This document shows, piece by piece, positions 50,158 through 61,307 of a stretch of DNA of 64,000 nt. The stretch is from Bacillota bacterium (lineage in GTDB: Bacteria; Bacillota; Clostridia; Acetivibrionales; DSM-1351). Where the stretch lies: positions 103 to 64,102 of the forward strand of contig JAEZKZ010000039.1 in NCBI GenBank assembly GCA_023415305.1, given 5' to 3'. The translations under genes were made by a program, and so were the position numbers. Below the pieces are notes generated by a model that saw only the letters and a program-made list of their open reading frames with translations, was not told the origin of the DNA and searched no databases. Numbering within the stretch: position 1 is the stretch's first letter; every line of letters begins with the position of its first letter.

Positions 50158-52218
50158 TTGTCAGGTCAGTTTTCCGGTGAACCCATGCTTGATATGTACA
50201 TATTCGAAACAACACATAATATAGAGCAGTTGGAGAAATGCATTCTAGATTCAGAAAAGTCAAGCAGGTATTCTCAGACAGCAATTAATGAGATTTTTAG
50301 AATCATGCATACAATCAAGGGCTCGTCAGCTATGATGCTATTTAATAATATATCCATTCTTGCACATTCAATAGAGGACCTTTTTTACTATCTGCGAGAG
50401 CAAAAACCTGATAATATTGATTGTTCACTTCTTTCAGATTATATTCTGACAGGAGTGGATTTTATCAAGGTCGAGCTTCATAAAATTATAGATGGAGAAA
50501 AAGCAGATGGAAACCCTTCGGAGATAATTGATAATATCAAATCTTTCTTAACCGTAATTAGAGCGCAAAATCCTGAATTAATTAAGGCGAGGCCGGAATT
50601 GATGGAGCAGCCCCGCTATTATATTGCCCCCAATAAAAATAAAATTAATAGTTATTTCAATTCCTACCAGGCTGTCCTGTTTTTTGAAGACGGATGTGAG
50701 ATGGAGAATATACGGGCTTATACCGTGATTCACAATATTAAGGAGTTTACCGAAGAGGTCTGTTATTTTCCAGAAGATATAATTGATAATGATGACACAA
50801 TAAGTATCATAAGGTCACAGGGCTTCAAAATTATTTTAAACACAAAAAAGAATTATGATGAATTACTAAATTTCTTTAACCAGACAGTTTTTCTGAAAGA
50901 GCTGCAACTGACTCAACTTGAAGATGATTCTGAACTTAACCGATTTTTCGAGGAAAAACAGAATGAAGTTAAAATAGAGACTGTTAAAATACCCAATGCA
51001 GATACTGACAGTAAGGAGCATCCAGGAAAAGACACTCAGGCTGCCGGAATAGGACAGAATATCATAAGTGTCAGTATTACCAAACTGGATAAACTTATGG
51101 ACCTTGTAGGAGAAATGGTTATTTCGGAAGCAATGGTAACCCAAAATCCTGATTTGAAAGATCTCCAGCTGGACAATTTTAATAAAGCCGCCAGTCAGCT
51201 GCATAAAATAACCAGTGACATACAGGACATGGTTATGTCAATCAGAATGGTTCCTTTAGCTATGACATTTCAGAAGATGTTCAGAATTGTCAGGGACATG
51301 AGTAAAAAATTGGGCAAGGAGGCAAAGCTGGAACTTATAGGGGAAGAAACTGAAGTTGATAAGAATATTATCGAACACATATCCGACCCTTTGATGCATC
51401 TGGTAAGAAACTCAATTGATCATGGGATTGAAACCCTTGAAGTCAGGAAAGCAAGCGGTAAACCCCCTGCGGGAACAGTGACACTGGAAGCCAAAAATTC
51501 CGGAAGTGATGTGGTCATTCTTGTAAGAGATGACGGTAAAGGCCTTAACAAAAACAATATTATAAAGAAGGCCGAGGAAAATGGGCTGCTGCCAAGACCT
51601 GTAGCTGATATGACCGACAGGGAAATATACAATCTTATTTTCATGCCGGGTTTTTCTACAAAGGAAAATGTCACCGAATTCAGTGGCCGAGGTGTTGGAA
51701 TGGATGTCGTAGTGCGTAATATAGAATCTGTTGGAGGATCGGTATCTGTAGATAGTGAAGAGGGAAAAGGGACAGTTATTACGCTAAAAATACCGCTGAC
51801 ATTAGCAATAATTGACGGCATGAATATTCAGGTAGGAAATTCACGTTATACAATACCAACAAAGGCCATAAAGGAATCTTTCAGACCAAACTCAAGGGAT
51901 ATTATTCAGGATCCTGATCGAAAAGAAATGATTATGGTCAGAGGAAAGTGTTATCCGATTCTCAGGCTTCATGAATTATACAGAGTTAAAACCGAAATTA
52001 CTGAATTCACTGATGGAATCCTTATAATGGTTGAGCATGAGAACAAAACACTTTGTATTTTTGCTGACGAATTGCTTGGCCAGCAACAGGTGGTAGTCAA
52101 AGCATTGCCGCAATATATCAAGACGAAACGTAAGGTTAAGGGACTCACCGGTTGTACGTTACTGGGTGACGGCAGTATAAGCCTTATTCTGGATATCGGA
52201 GGGCTGATAAATATATAG
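50158..52218 (+). CDS. cheA: Chemotaxis histidine kinase CheA
   Basis: FRIMHTIKG (P1), LDKLMDLVGE, HLVRNSIDHGIE, SGRGVGMDVV and C-terminal CheW-like domain. Confidence 0.97.
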   Translation: MSGQFSGEPMLDMYIFETTHNIEQLEKCILDSEKSSRYSQTAINEIFRIMHTIKGSSAMMLFNNISILAHSIEDLFYYLREQKPDNIDCSLLSDYILTGVDFIKVELHKIIDGEKADGNPSEIIDNIKSFLTVIRAQNPELIKARPELMEQPRYYIAPNKNKINSYFNSYQAVLFFEDGCEMENIRAYTVIHNIKEFTEEVCYFPEDIIDNDDTISIIRSQGFKIILNTKKNYDELLNFFNQTVFLKELQLTQLEDDSELNRFFEEKQNEVKIETVKIPNADTDSKEHPGKDTQAAGIGQNIISVSITKLDKLMDLVGEMVISEAMVTQNPDLKDLQLDNFNKAASQLHKITSDIQDMVMSIRMVPLAMTFQKMFRIVRDMSKKLGKEAKLELIGEETEVDKNIIEHISDPLMHLVRNSIDHGIETLEVRKASGKPPAGTVTLEAKNSGSDVVILVRDDGKGLNKNNIIKKAEENGLLPRPVADMTDREIYNLIFMPGFSTKENVTEFSGRGVGMDVVVRNIESVGGSVSVDSEEGKGTVITLKIPLTLAIIDGMNIQVGNSRYTIPTKAIKESFRPNSRDIIQDPDRKEMIMVRGKCYPILRLHELYRVKTEITEFTDGILIMVEHENKTLCIFADELLGQQQVVVKALPQYIKTKRKVKGLTGCTLLGDGSISLILDIGGLINI

Positions 52219-52249
52219 AGATATAATTTTCCTTGAAAGGAGAAGTTCT

Positions 52250-52756
52250 ATGACAGAGATGCTGAAAAAAGAATTAACTGAAAAAGAAATACTGGAACAA
52301 GAAGAAGATACTCAGAAGGGTAGATTTCTCACCTTCAATCTTGATAGGGAAGCCTATGGGATTGAAATCATTCATGTGACCGAAATAATTGGTATTCAAC
52401 CCATTACCGAGGTGCCTGAGCTCCCTGATTATGTAAGAGGGATAATTAATCTGAGAGGCAAGATAATTCCGGTTATGGATGTAAGGCTCAGGTTCAGAAA
52501 AAGCTTCAGAGAATATAATGATAGAACCTGTGTAATTGTAATAGATATAAACGATTTATCCATTGGCTTGATTGTGGACAGTGTATCTGAGGTTATAACC
52601 ATACCGGATACCGAAATAGTTGAGCCGCCAGAAGTAACAAAGGGTGGAAACAGGTATGTTAAGGGTATAGGAAAGGTTCACGGTGAAGTTAAGCTGCTTC
52701 TGGACTGTAATAAACTCTTAAATGATGAAGATACCGATAATCTATTAAATATCTAA
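52250..52756 (+). CDS. cheW: CheW
   Basis: GIINLRGKIIPV and GLIVDSV. Confidence 0.96.
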   Translation: MTEMLKKELTEKEILEQEEDTQKGRFLTFNLDREAYGIEIIHVTEIIGIQPITEVPELPDYVRGIINLRGKIIPVMDVRLRFRKSFREYNDRTCVIVIDINDLSIGLIVDSVSEVITIPDTEIVEPPEVTKGGNRYVKGIGKVHGEVKLLLDCNKLLNDEDTDNLLNI

Positions 52757-52768
52757 GGGGGATTTTAT

Positions 52769-54496
52769 ATGAAATGGTTCATAAATTTGAAGATAAGAGT
52801 AAAGTTAATTATTTGCTTTATTATTCTTGCAATATTTACAGGTATAGTCGGTTTTATGGGTATCAGCAATATGGATACAATTAATACCCGTGGTGATGAT
52901 ATGTACAATCATAACTTCATTCCTGCAACCAGTCTGGCCAAGATACAGAAAGGGATTCTATTAATCAGATCGAACTATTTTCTAATGGTATATGAAAGGG
53001 ATAATTCAAAGTTTCAGGACAGATATAACGAAATAAACACGTTGTCAGATGAAACAAACACAATTTTAGCCGATTATGAAAAAACTATCGGAAATGATAA
53101 AACCAACAGGGAGCTGTTTGAAAACCTAAAGACCAACCTTAATACATATAGGAATATTCGGACAGATCATCTTGAAATGATCAAGGCAGGAAAGTATGAC
53201 GAATCCATTTCACGTATGCCTGAATTTACCAATGCCAGAGTAAAAGTAGAGGATTGTATCAATGAACTTATAAAACACAATGAGGAGAATGCACTGAGCA
53301 AATCAGCCCAAAACACTATTGATTATGAAAACCAATCGATACTTATGATTGGTATAATCGTAGCGGTTATTCTCCTCTCAATCGGGTTAGGTGTATTAAT
53401 CGCCGGAATAATCAGCAGACCTCTTAATAAGCTGGTTCTTTCTGCAAATCAGATAGCAGATGGAAACCTTGACGTTTCTGTTGACATTTCGTCAAAAGAT
53501 GAGGTAGGGAATTTAGCCAATGCCTTTTCAAGAATGACAGACAATCTTAATGATGTTATGTCAAATATTAATATGGCATCCGAGCAGGTAGCTTCGGGAG
53601 CCAGACAGGTTTCAGATTCCAGTATGGCCTTATCGCAAGGAGCTACTGAGCAGGCAAGTTCGGTTGAGGAGCTTACTGCCTCCCTTGAAGAAATTGCATC
53701 TCAGACAAGGCTTAATGCTGATAATGCAAATCAGGCCAATTCTCTTGCGGTTACAGCCAAGTGTAATGCTATTCAGGGAAATGATCAGATGAAAGAAATG
53801 CTCTATGCAATGGAGGAAATTAATGAATCCTCCAGTAACATCTCAAAGATAATCAAGGTTATAGATGATATAGCTTTTCAAACCAATATTCTTGCACTTA
53901 ACGCGGCTGTGGAAGCAGCCAGGGCAGGACAGCACGGCAAGGGCTTTGCAGTTGTGGCCGAAGAGGTCCGTAACCTCGCAGCAAGATCAGCCAATGCTGC
54001 CAAAGAAACTACCGATATGATAGAAGGCTCCATCAAGAAGGTTGAAGGCGGTACCAAAATTGCAAATCAGACCGCCGAGGCACTTAATAAAATAGTTGAG
54101 GATGTAACAAAGGTAGCAAACCTTGTCAGTAGTATAGCTATTGCTTCCAATGAGCAGGCTTCGGGAATAGCACAGGTTAATCAGGGCATTATGCAGGTAT
54201 CCGAGGTTGTTCAGACCAACTCTGCTACTTCTGAAGAAAGTGCTGCTGCCAGTGAGGAGCTTTCGAGTCAGGCAGAATTACTTAAGGAACAGGTAGCAAG
54301 GTTTAAATTGAGAAAAGCCCAGAATACTAGTCAGAGCTACAGGGGTATGGAAGAATTAAATCCCAGCATACTAAAAATGTTGGATCAGATGAATGCACGA
54401 AAAGCTACTGCCTCTGTAAATGAAGTGAATAAGGAGAGTTCCGGCCCCTCCCACAAAAAAATTGTTCTCAGTGATAAGGAATTCGGAAAGTATTGA
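52769..54496 (+). CDS. Methyl-accepting chemotaxis protein (4HB sensor, C-terminal pentapeptide EFGKY)
   Basis: [24 protein letters not shown] tip, flexible tail ending EFGKY. Confidence 0.95.
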   Translation: MKWFINLKIRVKLIICFIILAIFTGIVGFMGISNMDTINTRGDDMYNHNFIPATSLAKIQKGILLIRSNYFLMVYERDNSKFQDRYNEINTLSDETNTILADYEKTIGNDKTNRELFENLKTNLNTYRNIRTDHLEMIKAGKYDESISRMPEFTNARVKVEDCINELIKHNEENALSKSAQNTIDYENQSILMIGIIVAVILLSIGLGVLIAGIISRPLNKLVLSANQIADGNLDVSVDISSKDEVGNLANAFSRMTDNLNDVMSNINMASEQVASGARQVSDSSMALSQGATEQASSVEELTASLEEIASQTRLNADNANQANSLAVTAKCNAIQGNDQMKEMLYAMEEINESSSNISKIIKVIDDIAFQTNILALNAAVEAARAGQHGKGFAVVAEEVRNLAARSANAAKETTDMIEGSIKKVEGGTKIANQTAEALNKIVEDVTKVANLVSSIAIASNEQASGIAQVNQGIMQVSEVVQTNSATSEESAAASEELSSQAELLKEQVARFKLRKAQNTSQSYRGMEELNPSILKMLDQMNARKATASVNEVNKESSGPSHKKIVLSDKEFGKY

Positions 54497-54535
54497 GTTA
54501 AAAAAGCACTAATAGGATATACCCCGAAAAACTCA

Positions 54536-54562
54536 GGGAGTGGTGCAAGCAAAACCACTCCC
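54536..54562 (+). other. Intra-operon stem-loop between mcp and cheR
   Basis: GGGAGTGGT-N9-ACCACTCCC with no U-tract. Confidence 0.65.
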
Positions 54563-54610
54563 AGATAATTATTTCATTTGAAAATAAAACACAATAGGAG
54601 TGCGTATTCT

Positions 54611-55423
54611 TTGGTAGAAATAACTAGGAAAGAATTCCAGCAGTTATCAGACTATATTAAGTCAAACTATGGAATTAGACTTAAGGAAGAAAAGATGACA
54701 CTGGTCTCAGGCAGACTTCATAATGTTTTACAGCAGGAGGGGTTCTCTAATTTCACTGACTACTACCACCATCTAGTCTCGGACAAATCTGGTGATGCTG
54801 TAATTACTCTGGTTGACAGGATTACAACCAACCATACCTTTTTTATGAGGGAAGCAAGCCATTTCCATTACTTTAGAGACAAGGTGCTTCCTTACCTGTC
54901 GGGCACCGTCAAGGAAAAGGATCTCAGAATATGGTGTGCTGCATGTTCAACTGGGGAAGAAGCTTATACTTTGGCAATGTTGACTGATGAATTTTTCGGT
55001 AAGTCAAAACTGTGGTGGGATACGAAAATACTTGCTACAGATATATCTGAACAAGTTTTGGAGACAGCTAAGAGGGGGATATACAGCAATGAAAGAATAG
55101 CTCCTCTGCCCGCAAGCTGGAAAACAGCCTATTTTAAAGCCTATGATTATGAAAATTCGGTTGTTATTGATAGAATAAAAAATGAAGTGATTTATAGAAA
55201 ATTGAACCTTATGGATAATATATTTCCATTCAAAAAAAAGCTACATACTATTTTCTGTCGTAATGTAATGATATATTTTGACAATGAAACAAAAAACAGA
55301 TTGGTTGATAAGTTATATGACCACCTGGAATACGGGGGATACTTGTTTATTGGCCATTCCGAATCCTTAAACAGGGAAACAACAAATTTTAAGTACATAT
55401 TACCGTCGGTTTACAGAAAATAA
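54611..55423 (+). CDS. cheR: Chemotaxis methyltransferase CheR
   Basis: TTNHTFFMRE, WCAACSTGEE, CRNVMIYF and GHSE. Confidence 0.96.
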   Translation: MVEITRKEFQQLSDYIKSNYGIRLKEEKMTLVSGRLHNVLQQEGFSNFTDYYHHLVSDKSGDAVITLVDRITTNHTFFMREASHFHYFRDKVLPYLSGTVKEKDLRIWCAACSTGEEAYTLAMLTDEFFGKSKLWWDTKILATDISEQVLETAKRGIYSNERIAPLPASWKTAYFKAYDYENSVVIDRIKNEVIYRKLNLMDNIFPFKKKLHTIFCRNVMIYFDNETKNRLVDKLYDHLEYGGYLFIGHSESLNRETTNFKYILPSVYRK

Positions 55424-55440
55424 TAAAGGGGTGAGGGTTT

Positions 55441-56457
55441 ATGACCGGCAGGAGAATCCGGGTATTGGTTGTTGACGACAGTATATTTTTCAGGGAAGTA
55501 ATAGCTAGAGGTATTGAGACAGATCCTGCTATTGAAGTTGTTGCTAGAGCAACAGACCCTTTTGATGCGAGAGATAAAATTCTCCAGTATGAACCGGATG
55601 TAATGACCTGTGATGTGGAAATGCCCAAAATGAACGGTATCGAATTTATCAGACGTCTGCTTCCGCAGCATGCTATACCTGTTATAGTAATAAGTACTGT
55701 CAGCTCGGCAGTATTTGATGCGATGAATGTTGGGGCTGTAGATTTCGTATCAAAACCGGAGATTCAATCGGAAAAAAGCATAGAAAAATTTCTGTTGGAT
55801 GTTATTGCTAAAATAAAGATTGCAGCAAATGCAAATATAAGTGGAAGTAACCTTCCGGATATTGTTAATTATTCTTTGGGAAGAATTAACACCGAAAAAA
55901 TAATAGCCATTGGTGCGTCGACAGGTGGTACGGAGGCAGTCTATAAAATGCTTAAATGCTTGCCGTCTGACATGCCTGGAATTCTTTTAGTCCAGCATAT
56001 CCCGCCGGTTTTTTCCAAGATGTTTGCCCAAAGGCTGGACAGTCAAACCAAGTTAGTCGTAAGAGAAGCACAGTCCGGTGATTGGCTGGAGCCGGGGAAG
56101 GTACTGATTGCCCCCGGAGACAAACATATGAAAATAAAAAAAATAGGAGATAAATACAAAGTTGATATCTTTCATGGAGAAAAGGTAAACGGGCATTGTC
56201 CATCAGTAGATGTTCTATTTGATTCTGTTGCAAAAGAAGCAGGCAGCGCAGCTGTTGGAATCATACTTACGGGCATGGGCTATGATGGTGCTCGCGGACT
56301 TCTCACCATGAGACGAAAGGGAGCAAGGACTATTGGACAGGATGAGCAATCCAGCGTAGTGTACGGAATGCCAAAGGTTGCCTTCGAAATCGGTGCAGTG
56401 GAAAGACAGACTTCCATAAATAACATTCCCCAGGTTTTATTATCAATGCTAAAGTAG
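55441..56457 (+). CDS. cheB: Chemotaxis methylesterase CheB (REC plus catalytic domain)
   Basis: GASTGG, VQHIP, PSVD and LTGMGYDG. Confidence 0.97.
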   Translation: MTGRRIRVLVVDDSIFFREVIARGIETDPAIEVVARATDPFDARDKILQYEPDVMTCDVEMPKMNGIEFIRRLLPQHAIPVIVISTVSSAVFDAMNVGAVDFVSKPEIQSEKSIEKFLLDVIAKIKIAANANISGSNLPDIVNYSLGRINTEKIIAIGASTGGTEAVYKMLKCLPSDMPGILLVQHIPPVFSKMFAQRLDSQTKLVVREAQSGDWLEPGKVLIAPGDKHMKIKKIGDKYKVDIFHGEKVNGHCPSVDVLFDSVAKEAGSAAVGIILTGMGYDGARGLLTMRRKGARTIGQDEQSSVVYGMPKVAFEIGAVERQTSINNIPQVLLSMLK

Positions 56458-56465
56458 GTGACAAA

Positions 56466-56936
56466 ATGAAATCAGTAATCGGTATCGGGGAATATGGTAT
56501 ATCCGATCACAAGTATGAAACCTTAAAGACCTTCGCCCTGGCCTCCTGTATTGCTATTACAGCTTACAGCCCCGTAAAAAGAACGGGGGCCATGATTCAT
56601 GTGGCATTACCAAAGCCGTCAAGTAAAGAGGAGCGACTCACAAGACCATGCTATTATGCTACTTCCGGTATACCGTTAATGATTGAGAAACTCTGTTCAA
56701 ATTGCGGCTGTTATAAAGGTGAACTCCAAATTCAGATTTTTGGAGGAGCAGATTCAATTAACGATAAGGATATATTTCAAATCGGAAGAAAAAATATTGA
56801 GGCAGTAATTGAAACTTTAAATAACATGAATCTAAAAATTTCAAAGGCAGATATAGGCGGTAGGGTAAGCAGGACTATCGAATTTAATTCAAATACCGGA
56901 GCAGTCAATATTACTTGCCAGCCTATAACAATATGA
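56466..56936 (+). CDS. cheD: Receptor deamidase CheD
   Basis: LASCIA (catalytic Cys), MIHVALP, FGGA, IG.KN and DIGG..SR. Confidence 0.9.
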   Translation: MKSVIGIGEYGISDHKYETLKTFALASCIAITAYSPVKRTGAMIHVALPKPSSKEERLTRPCYYATSGIPLMIEKLCSNCGCYKGELQIQIFGGADSINDKDIFQIGRKNIEAVIETLNNMNLKISKADIGGRVSRTIEFNSNTGAVNITCQPITI

Positions 56937-56940
56937 CGAG

Positions 56941-59900
56941 GTGTATATATTGGATAACAACAGAATGGCAGCCATATTGGACAATATCGGTGACGGAGTA
57001 ATTGCGGCAAATTTGGATGGCAGAATAGAGTATTTCAATTGTATAGCTGAAAAGCTGACAGGCTGGAAATCAGATGAGGCTTTAGGTAGCGCTTTTCAAG
57101 AAGTATTTCCGTTAATAAATATCAGGAATGAAGAAGCTTTGGAAAGCCCCATATATGAAGTGTTACGTACACATTCAGTTGTAGGGCTAAAAAGTAATTC
57201 CGCCCTTGTATCCAAAAACGGTAAGAGGCTTATTGTTTCAGCCAGCTGTTCACCGATCAGAGACAGTAAAAACATTGTAGACGGAGTTGTTGTTGTATTC
57301 CGAGATATCAGCAGAATAAAAAAAATAGAAGATCAGCTGATTGAAGAAAGGAATAACCTGCAAATGACCTTCAGACATTCTTTGGTGGGAATGCTGATCA
57401 TGGACAATCAACGGATAGTTAAGCAGGTAAACCCAGCGTTTCTTGAGATGCTGGGGCTGAGTGAACAAGAAGTGTTGGGCCGGGGCTATGGTAACGGCAT
57501 CAAATGTATTGGCAGCAGGGAAAAAGGCTGCGGTAAAGGTATAAACTGCGGCTTATGTGAAATAAGGAGCAGAATTTCCCAAGTGTATAAAACCGGTATT
57601 CCAAGTAAAGACGTGGTTATTCGACAGACCTTGATAAACAACGGCTTACATAAAAGCTATTGGTATAACATTCTGATCATGCCCATTCATTCTGCCGGTG
57701 AAAGGTTTGTTCTGCTTATCATAAACGATGTTACTGACAGCAAGGAACGTGAACAGCGGCTTATTGAGACAAATAACTTCACCTTAAAAATGATGGAGAA
57801 TTTTCCTGCTATGATCTGGAAAACAGACAGAAAAGGCAGAAATGTATATGTAGGGCAGAATTTATCCTTGTTCACAGGTAAGAGTGAGGCTGAAATAATA
57901 AATGAAGGCTGGCTGAAATATGTACATCCTGACGATCGAAGCAAATTATCCTTTGAAGCTGTCCAGATTAGAAATAAGCAGGGACTTAACATTTCCGAAC
58001 TGCGATTAAAGCATGTTAGTGGTGACTACAGGTGGATAAATATTATTATCAAGCCCTTTTATGATATAAGCGGCAAACAGGACGGCTATATTGGAATGGG
58101 GATTGATATTAATGATAAAAAGCTGACAGAGACATTACTTTATGAAAGTGAAATGAGATACAGGCATCTCTTTATGAATCTTCAGAGCGGCTTTGCTTAT
58201 CATAAAGTACTTAGGAACAACCAAGGACAGCTGACGGATGTAGAATTCATAATTGCTAACGAAGCCTATATGAAGATGTTCGGAATAGAAGCGACAAGTA
58301 TAAAAGGCATCAATTTAAAGGAAGTATTTAAGAATGATGTGGTTTTTGATATAGATGATGACATATTTAGAAAGGTTCTGGAGGAGGGGGAGGAAGTTTC
58401 CATTAATGAGGTATACTCTGAGGTGTACCGTAAATGGTATTCGGTGGGACTGTACAGCCCCCAGAAGGACCATTTCGCAATTGTTGTTACCGATATAGAT
58501 GAAAAGAAAAGATCAGAGATTGAATTAAAAAGAGCTAAAGATGATGCCGAAAATGCCAATAGAGCTAAAAGTGAGTTCCTCGCAAATATGAGTCATGAGA
58601 TACGTACTCCGATTAACGGGATAGTCGGGATGATTGATCTGACACTGCTTACCGACTTGAATTCCGAGCAGAGGGATAATCTGAAAACAGCAAAAAGCTG
58701 TGCTAATTCTCTGCTTAAGATAATAAATGATATCCTGGACTTTTCAAAAATGGAGGCAGGAAAACTGTTAATTGACAGTGTAGATTTTGATATTAAAAAA
58801 CTGGTGGAAGATACCTTTCGCCAGCATTCCACCCTTGCCGAAAATAAAGGATTGGAATTTAATTACTCATTTTATTCCGGTATTCCTCAATATGTCTCAG
58901 GTGATCCAAATAGACTTCAGCAAATACTAAACAACCTTATCAGCAATGCTATAAAGTTCACCGAACAGGGCGAAGTTAATATAGTGGTCAAAAAAAATCA
59001 AACAGAAAAGGAGTTTATAGAACTGAAATTTTCTGTAACAGATACGGGAATTGGTATAAGTGATGAGGAAAAGGGCAGACTTTTTAAGACCTTTAGCCAG
59101 GTTGACAGCTCCATAACCCGGAAATATGGGGGTAACGGGCTGGGATTGGCAATATCAAGACAGCTGGTTGAAATAATGGGTGGTCAGATGTGGATAGACA
59201 GTCAAAAAGGAAAAGGCAGTACCTTTCACTTTACTGTCAGGTTTAAACCTGGAAAACCTCTGTCAGACATTATGGATAGTATGCCTAAATTGACCGCCAT
59301 AGCATCAGAGTTAAAAGTTTTACTGGCCGAGGATGATGAAGTCAATCAGGTAGTGATAACAAGAATGCTTAAGGAACGAGGGTATAAGGTTGATGTTGCA
59401 GAAACCGGGCTTAAGGTACTGGAACTGTATAATAAGAATAATTATGATGTGATACTTATGGATATTCACATGCCTGAAATGGATGGACTTGAAGCTACAA
59501 AATTAATCCGCGAGAAAGAAGACAGCCTAAAGCTGAAGCATACTCCGATAATTGCTCTTACAGCGCATGCCCTTAAGGGAGACAGAGAGAGATTTCTGGA
59601 ACTTGGTATGGATGAATATATAGCCAAGCCGGTTAAAATGGAGGAGATGTATCATATTATAGAGGCAACGGCTGTTAACAGCCATAAGAGATTTAAAGCG
59701 GATTTCAAGGAACTCAGGATAGATGAAAATGGGCATATTATGCATATTAATGAAGTAAATATCGGCAAGTATGAAGTAAATACCAGCCTTATTTATGAAA
59801 TAGAAAATGTAGCTGCCAGGCTCGGAGAGTGTATTGAGCTAAGAGATCTGGAGCTATCAGGTAAATTTGCCCACGATATTAAGAATCTATGTAATAAAAT

Positions 59901-60048
59901 GGGGGCAGATGAGTTGAAAAGTCTTGCCTTCCAGATAGAGCTGGCAGTAAGGCGGAATAATTTCAAAGATATTCTATACACCTATCTTACTTTTGATAAG
60001 GAACTTAAGACCTTTAAAAGTATATATGTAAATGAAAAGGAGAGATAG
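56941..60048 (+). CDS. Cytoplasmic hybrid histidine kinase (4 PAS-like, HisKA, HATPase, REC, HPt-like)
   Basis: FLANMSHEIRTP, GD..RLQQIL.NL.SNA.KFT, GNGLGL, REC LMDIHMPEMDG and C-terminal AHDIK. Start may be TTG at 56950. Confidence 0.93.
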   Translation: MYILDNNRMAAILDNIGDGVIAANLDGRIEYFNCIAEKLTGWKSDEALGSAFQEVFPLINIRNEEALESPIYEVLRTHSVVGLKSNSALVSKNGKRLIVSASCSPIRDSKNIVDGVVVVFRDISRIKKIEDQLIEERNNLQMTFRHSLVGMLIMDNQRIVKQVNPAFLEMLGLSEQEVLGRGYGNGIKCIGSREKGCGKGINCGLCEIRSRISQVYKTGIPSKDVVIRQTLINNGLHKSYWYNILIMPIHSAGERFVLLIINDVTDSKEREQRLIETNNFTLKMMENFPAMIWKTDRKGRNVYVGQNLSLFTGKSEAEIINEGWLKYVHPDDRSKLSFEAVQIRNKQGLNISELRLKHVSGDYRWINIIIKPFYDISGKQDGYIGMGIDINDKKLTETLLYESEMRYRHLFMNLQSGFAYHKVLRNNQGQLTDVEFIIANEAYMKMFGIEATSIKGINLKEVFKNDVVFDIDDDIFRKVLEEGEEVSINEVYSEVYRKWYSVGLYSPQKDHFAIVVTDIDEKKRSEIELKRAKDDAENANRAKSEFLANMSHEIRTPINGIVGMIDLTLLTDLNSEQRDNLKTAKSCANSLLKIINDILDFSKMEAGKLLIDSVDFDIKKLVEDTFRQHSTLAENKGLEFNYSFYSGIPQYVSGDPNRLQQILNNLISNAIKFTEQGEVNIVVKKNQTEKEFIELKFSVTDTGIGISDEEKGRLFKTFSQVDSSITRKYGGNGLGLAISRQLVEIMGGQMWIDSQKGKGSTFHFTVRFKPGKPLSDIMDSMPKLTAIASELKVLLAEDDEVNQVVITRMLKERGYKVDVAETGLKVLELYNKNNYDVILMDIHMPEMDGLEATKLIREKEDSLKLKHTPIIALTAHALKGDRERFLELGMDEYIAKPVKMEEMYHIIEATAVNSHKRFKADFKELRIDENGHIMHINEVNIGKYEVNTSLIYEIENVAARLGECIELRDLELSGKFAHDIKNLCNKMGADELKSLAFQIELAVRRNNFKDILYTYLTFDKELKTFKSIYVNEKER

Positions 60049-60051
60049 AAC

Positions 60052-60444
60052 ATGCGAATTCTAATTGTTGAGGATGATTTGACAAGCAGAAGGTTTCTTC
60101 AAAAGTTTTTATCACAATACGGTGATTGTGATGTAGTGGTGGACGGTATGGAAGCGTTGGATGCGTTTTTATATTCACTAAAGGCGGATACCCCATACAG
60201 GCTGGTATGTCTTGATATTATGATGCCAAAGATAGATGGCTTAAAAGTTCTGAAAACAATTCGGGAGTTGGAAATACAGAAAGGGATATTACCTGCAGAT
60301 AAGGCAAAGGTAATAATGACGACTGCCTTAAATAGCTCTGACCTGGTACAAAAAGCCTTTGAACTTGGCTGCGAAGGTTTTGCAGCGAAACCTCTTGATA
60401 CTGAAAAGCTGGTGGAGGTTATGAAAAAATTAAAACTAATATAA
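60052..60444 (+). CDS. Single-domain response regulator
   Basis: VEDD, LDIMMPKIDG and KP. Confidence 0.92.
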   Translation: MRILIVEDDLTSRRFLQKFLSQYGDCDVVVDGMEALDAFLYSLKADTPYRLVCLDIMMPKIDGLKVLKTIRELEIQKGILPADKAKVIMTTALNSSDLVQKAFELGCEGFAAKPLDTEKLVEVMKKLKLI

Positions 60445-60692
60445 ATTTTATGTAAATTTTTATATTTATTAATTGAATTTTTTCTGGTATCATATTAATG
60501 AACATACATAAATTACAACTGTAATGAGTATTTCAACTGGTGTAAAAAATTCTAAAACTTTCATGAGAATTAAAATAGTATAAAGCATATGAAATAATGC
60601 AAATTATTATTGCTGCCATATTGTGTTTAAATTAACATACAAAAAGTGAATATTTGAAGAAAATAAAGTAATACACCTAAGGAGACTAAAAA

Positions 60693-61172
60693 ATGAAGGC
60701 AGAATATATCAACCCGTTTATTGAAGCAAGTATAAATATTATTAAGCAAACAACCGGACTTTCCGCTAAACTTGGAAACATTTTTGTTAAGGATAAACCC
60801 TATGCAAATGAAAATATTATCGTGTTAATCGGCCTGACAGGTCAGATTTTGGGTAGTGCTGTCATTAGCCTTAAAAAGCCTATTGCACTGAAAATTGCAT
60901 CCTCTATGATGATGGGTATGCAAGTAAATGAGCTGGATGAAATTGCAAAAAGTGCCATCGGTGAACTTTGTAACATGATATTAGGTAATACGGCTACAAT
61001 TTTTTCTCAAAAGGGAATAAACATTGATATAACCCCTCCAACTATCTTTACCGGAGATAATATTGAGTTAACCATACATAAAAGTATAGTTGTATGTGTG
61101 CCGCTTATTTTTGATGACGGAAATCAAATACAGATTGATATATCCTACCTTGATAATGAGAATAAGAAATAA
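60693..61172 (+). CDS. cheX: CheX-family phosphatase
   Basis: YINPF, GELCNMILG (ExxN) and DITPP. Confidence 0.88.
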   Translation: MKAEYINPFIEASINIIKQTTGLSAKLGNIFVKDKPYANENIIVLIGLTGQILGSAVISLKKPIALKIASSMMMGMQVNELDEIAKSAIGELCNMILGNTATIFSQKGINIDITPPTIFTGDNIELTIHKSIVVCVPLIFDDGNQIQIDISYLDNENKK

Positions 61173-61220
61173 AATGCTTGGGGTCAAGAGTAATGCTTGG
61201 TTTGATTTAAAATCGATATA

Positions 61221-61257
61221 AAAAAGGTTTGGCTTTCATGAAGAGCCAGACCTTTTT
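61221..61257. terminator. Bidirectional terminator
   Basis: AAAAAGGTTTGGCT ... AGCCAGACCTTTTT between convergent genes. Confidence 0.75.
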
Positions 61258-61307
61258 ATTACATGAAAAATCAAATATTGTACTTTATTGGAAGATAAGA
61301 AGATATT

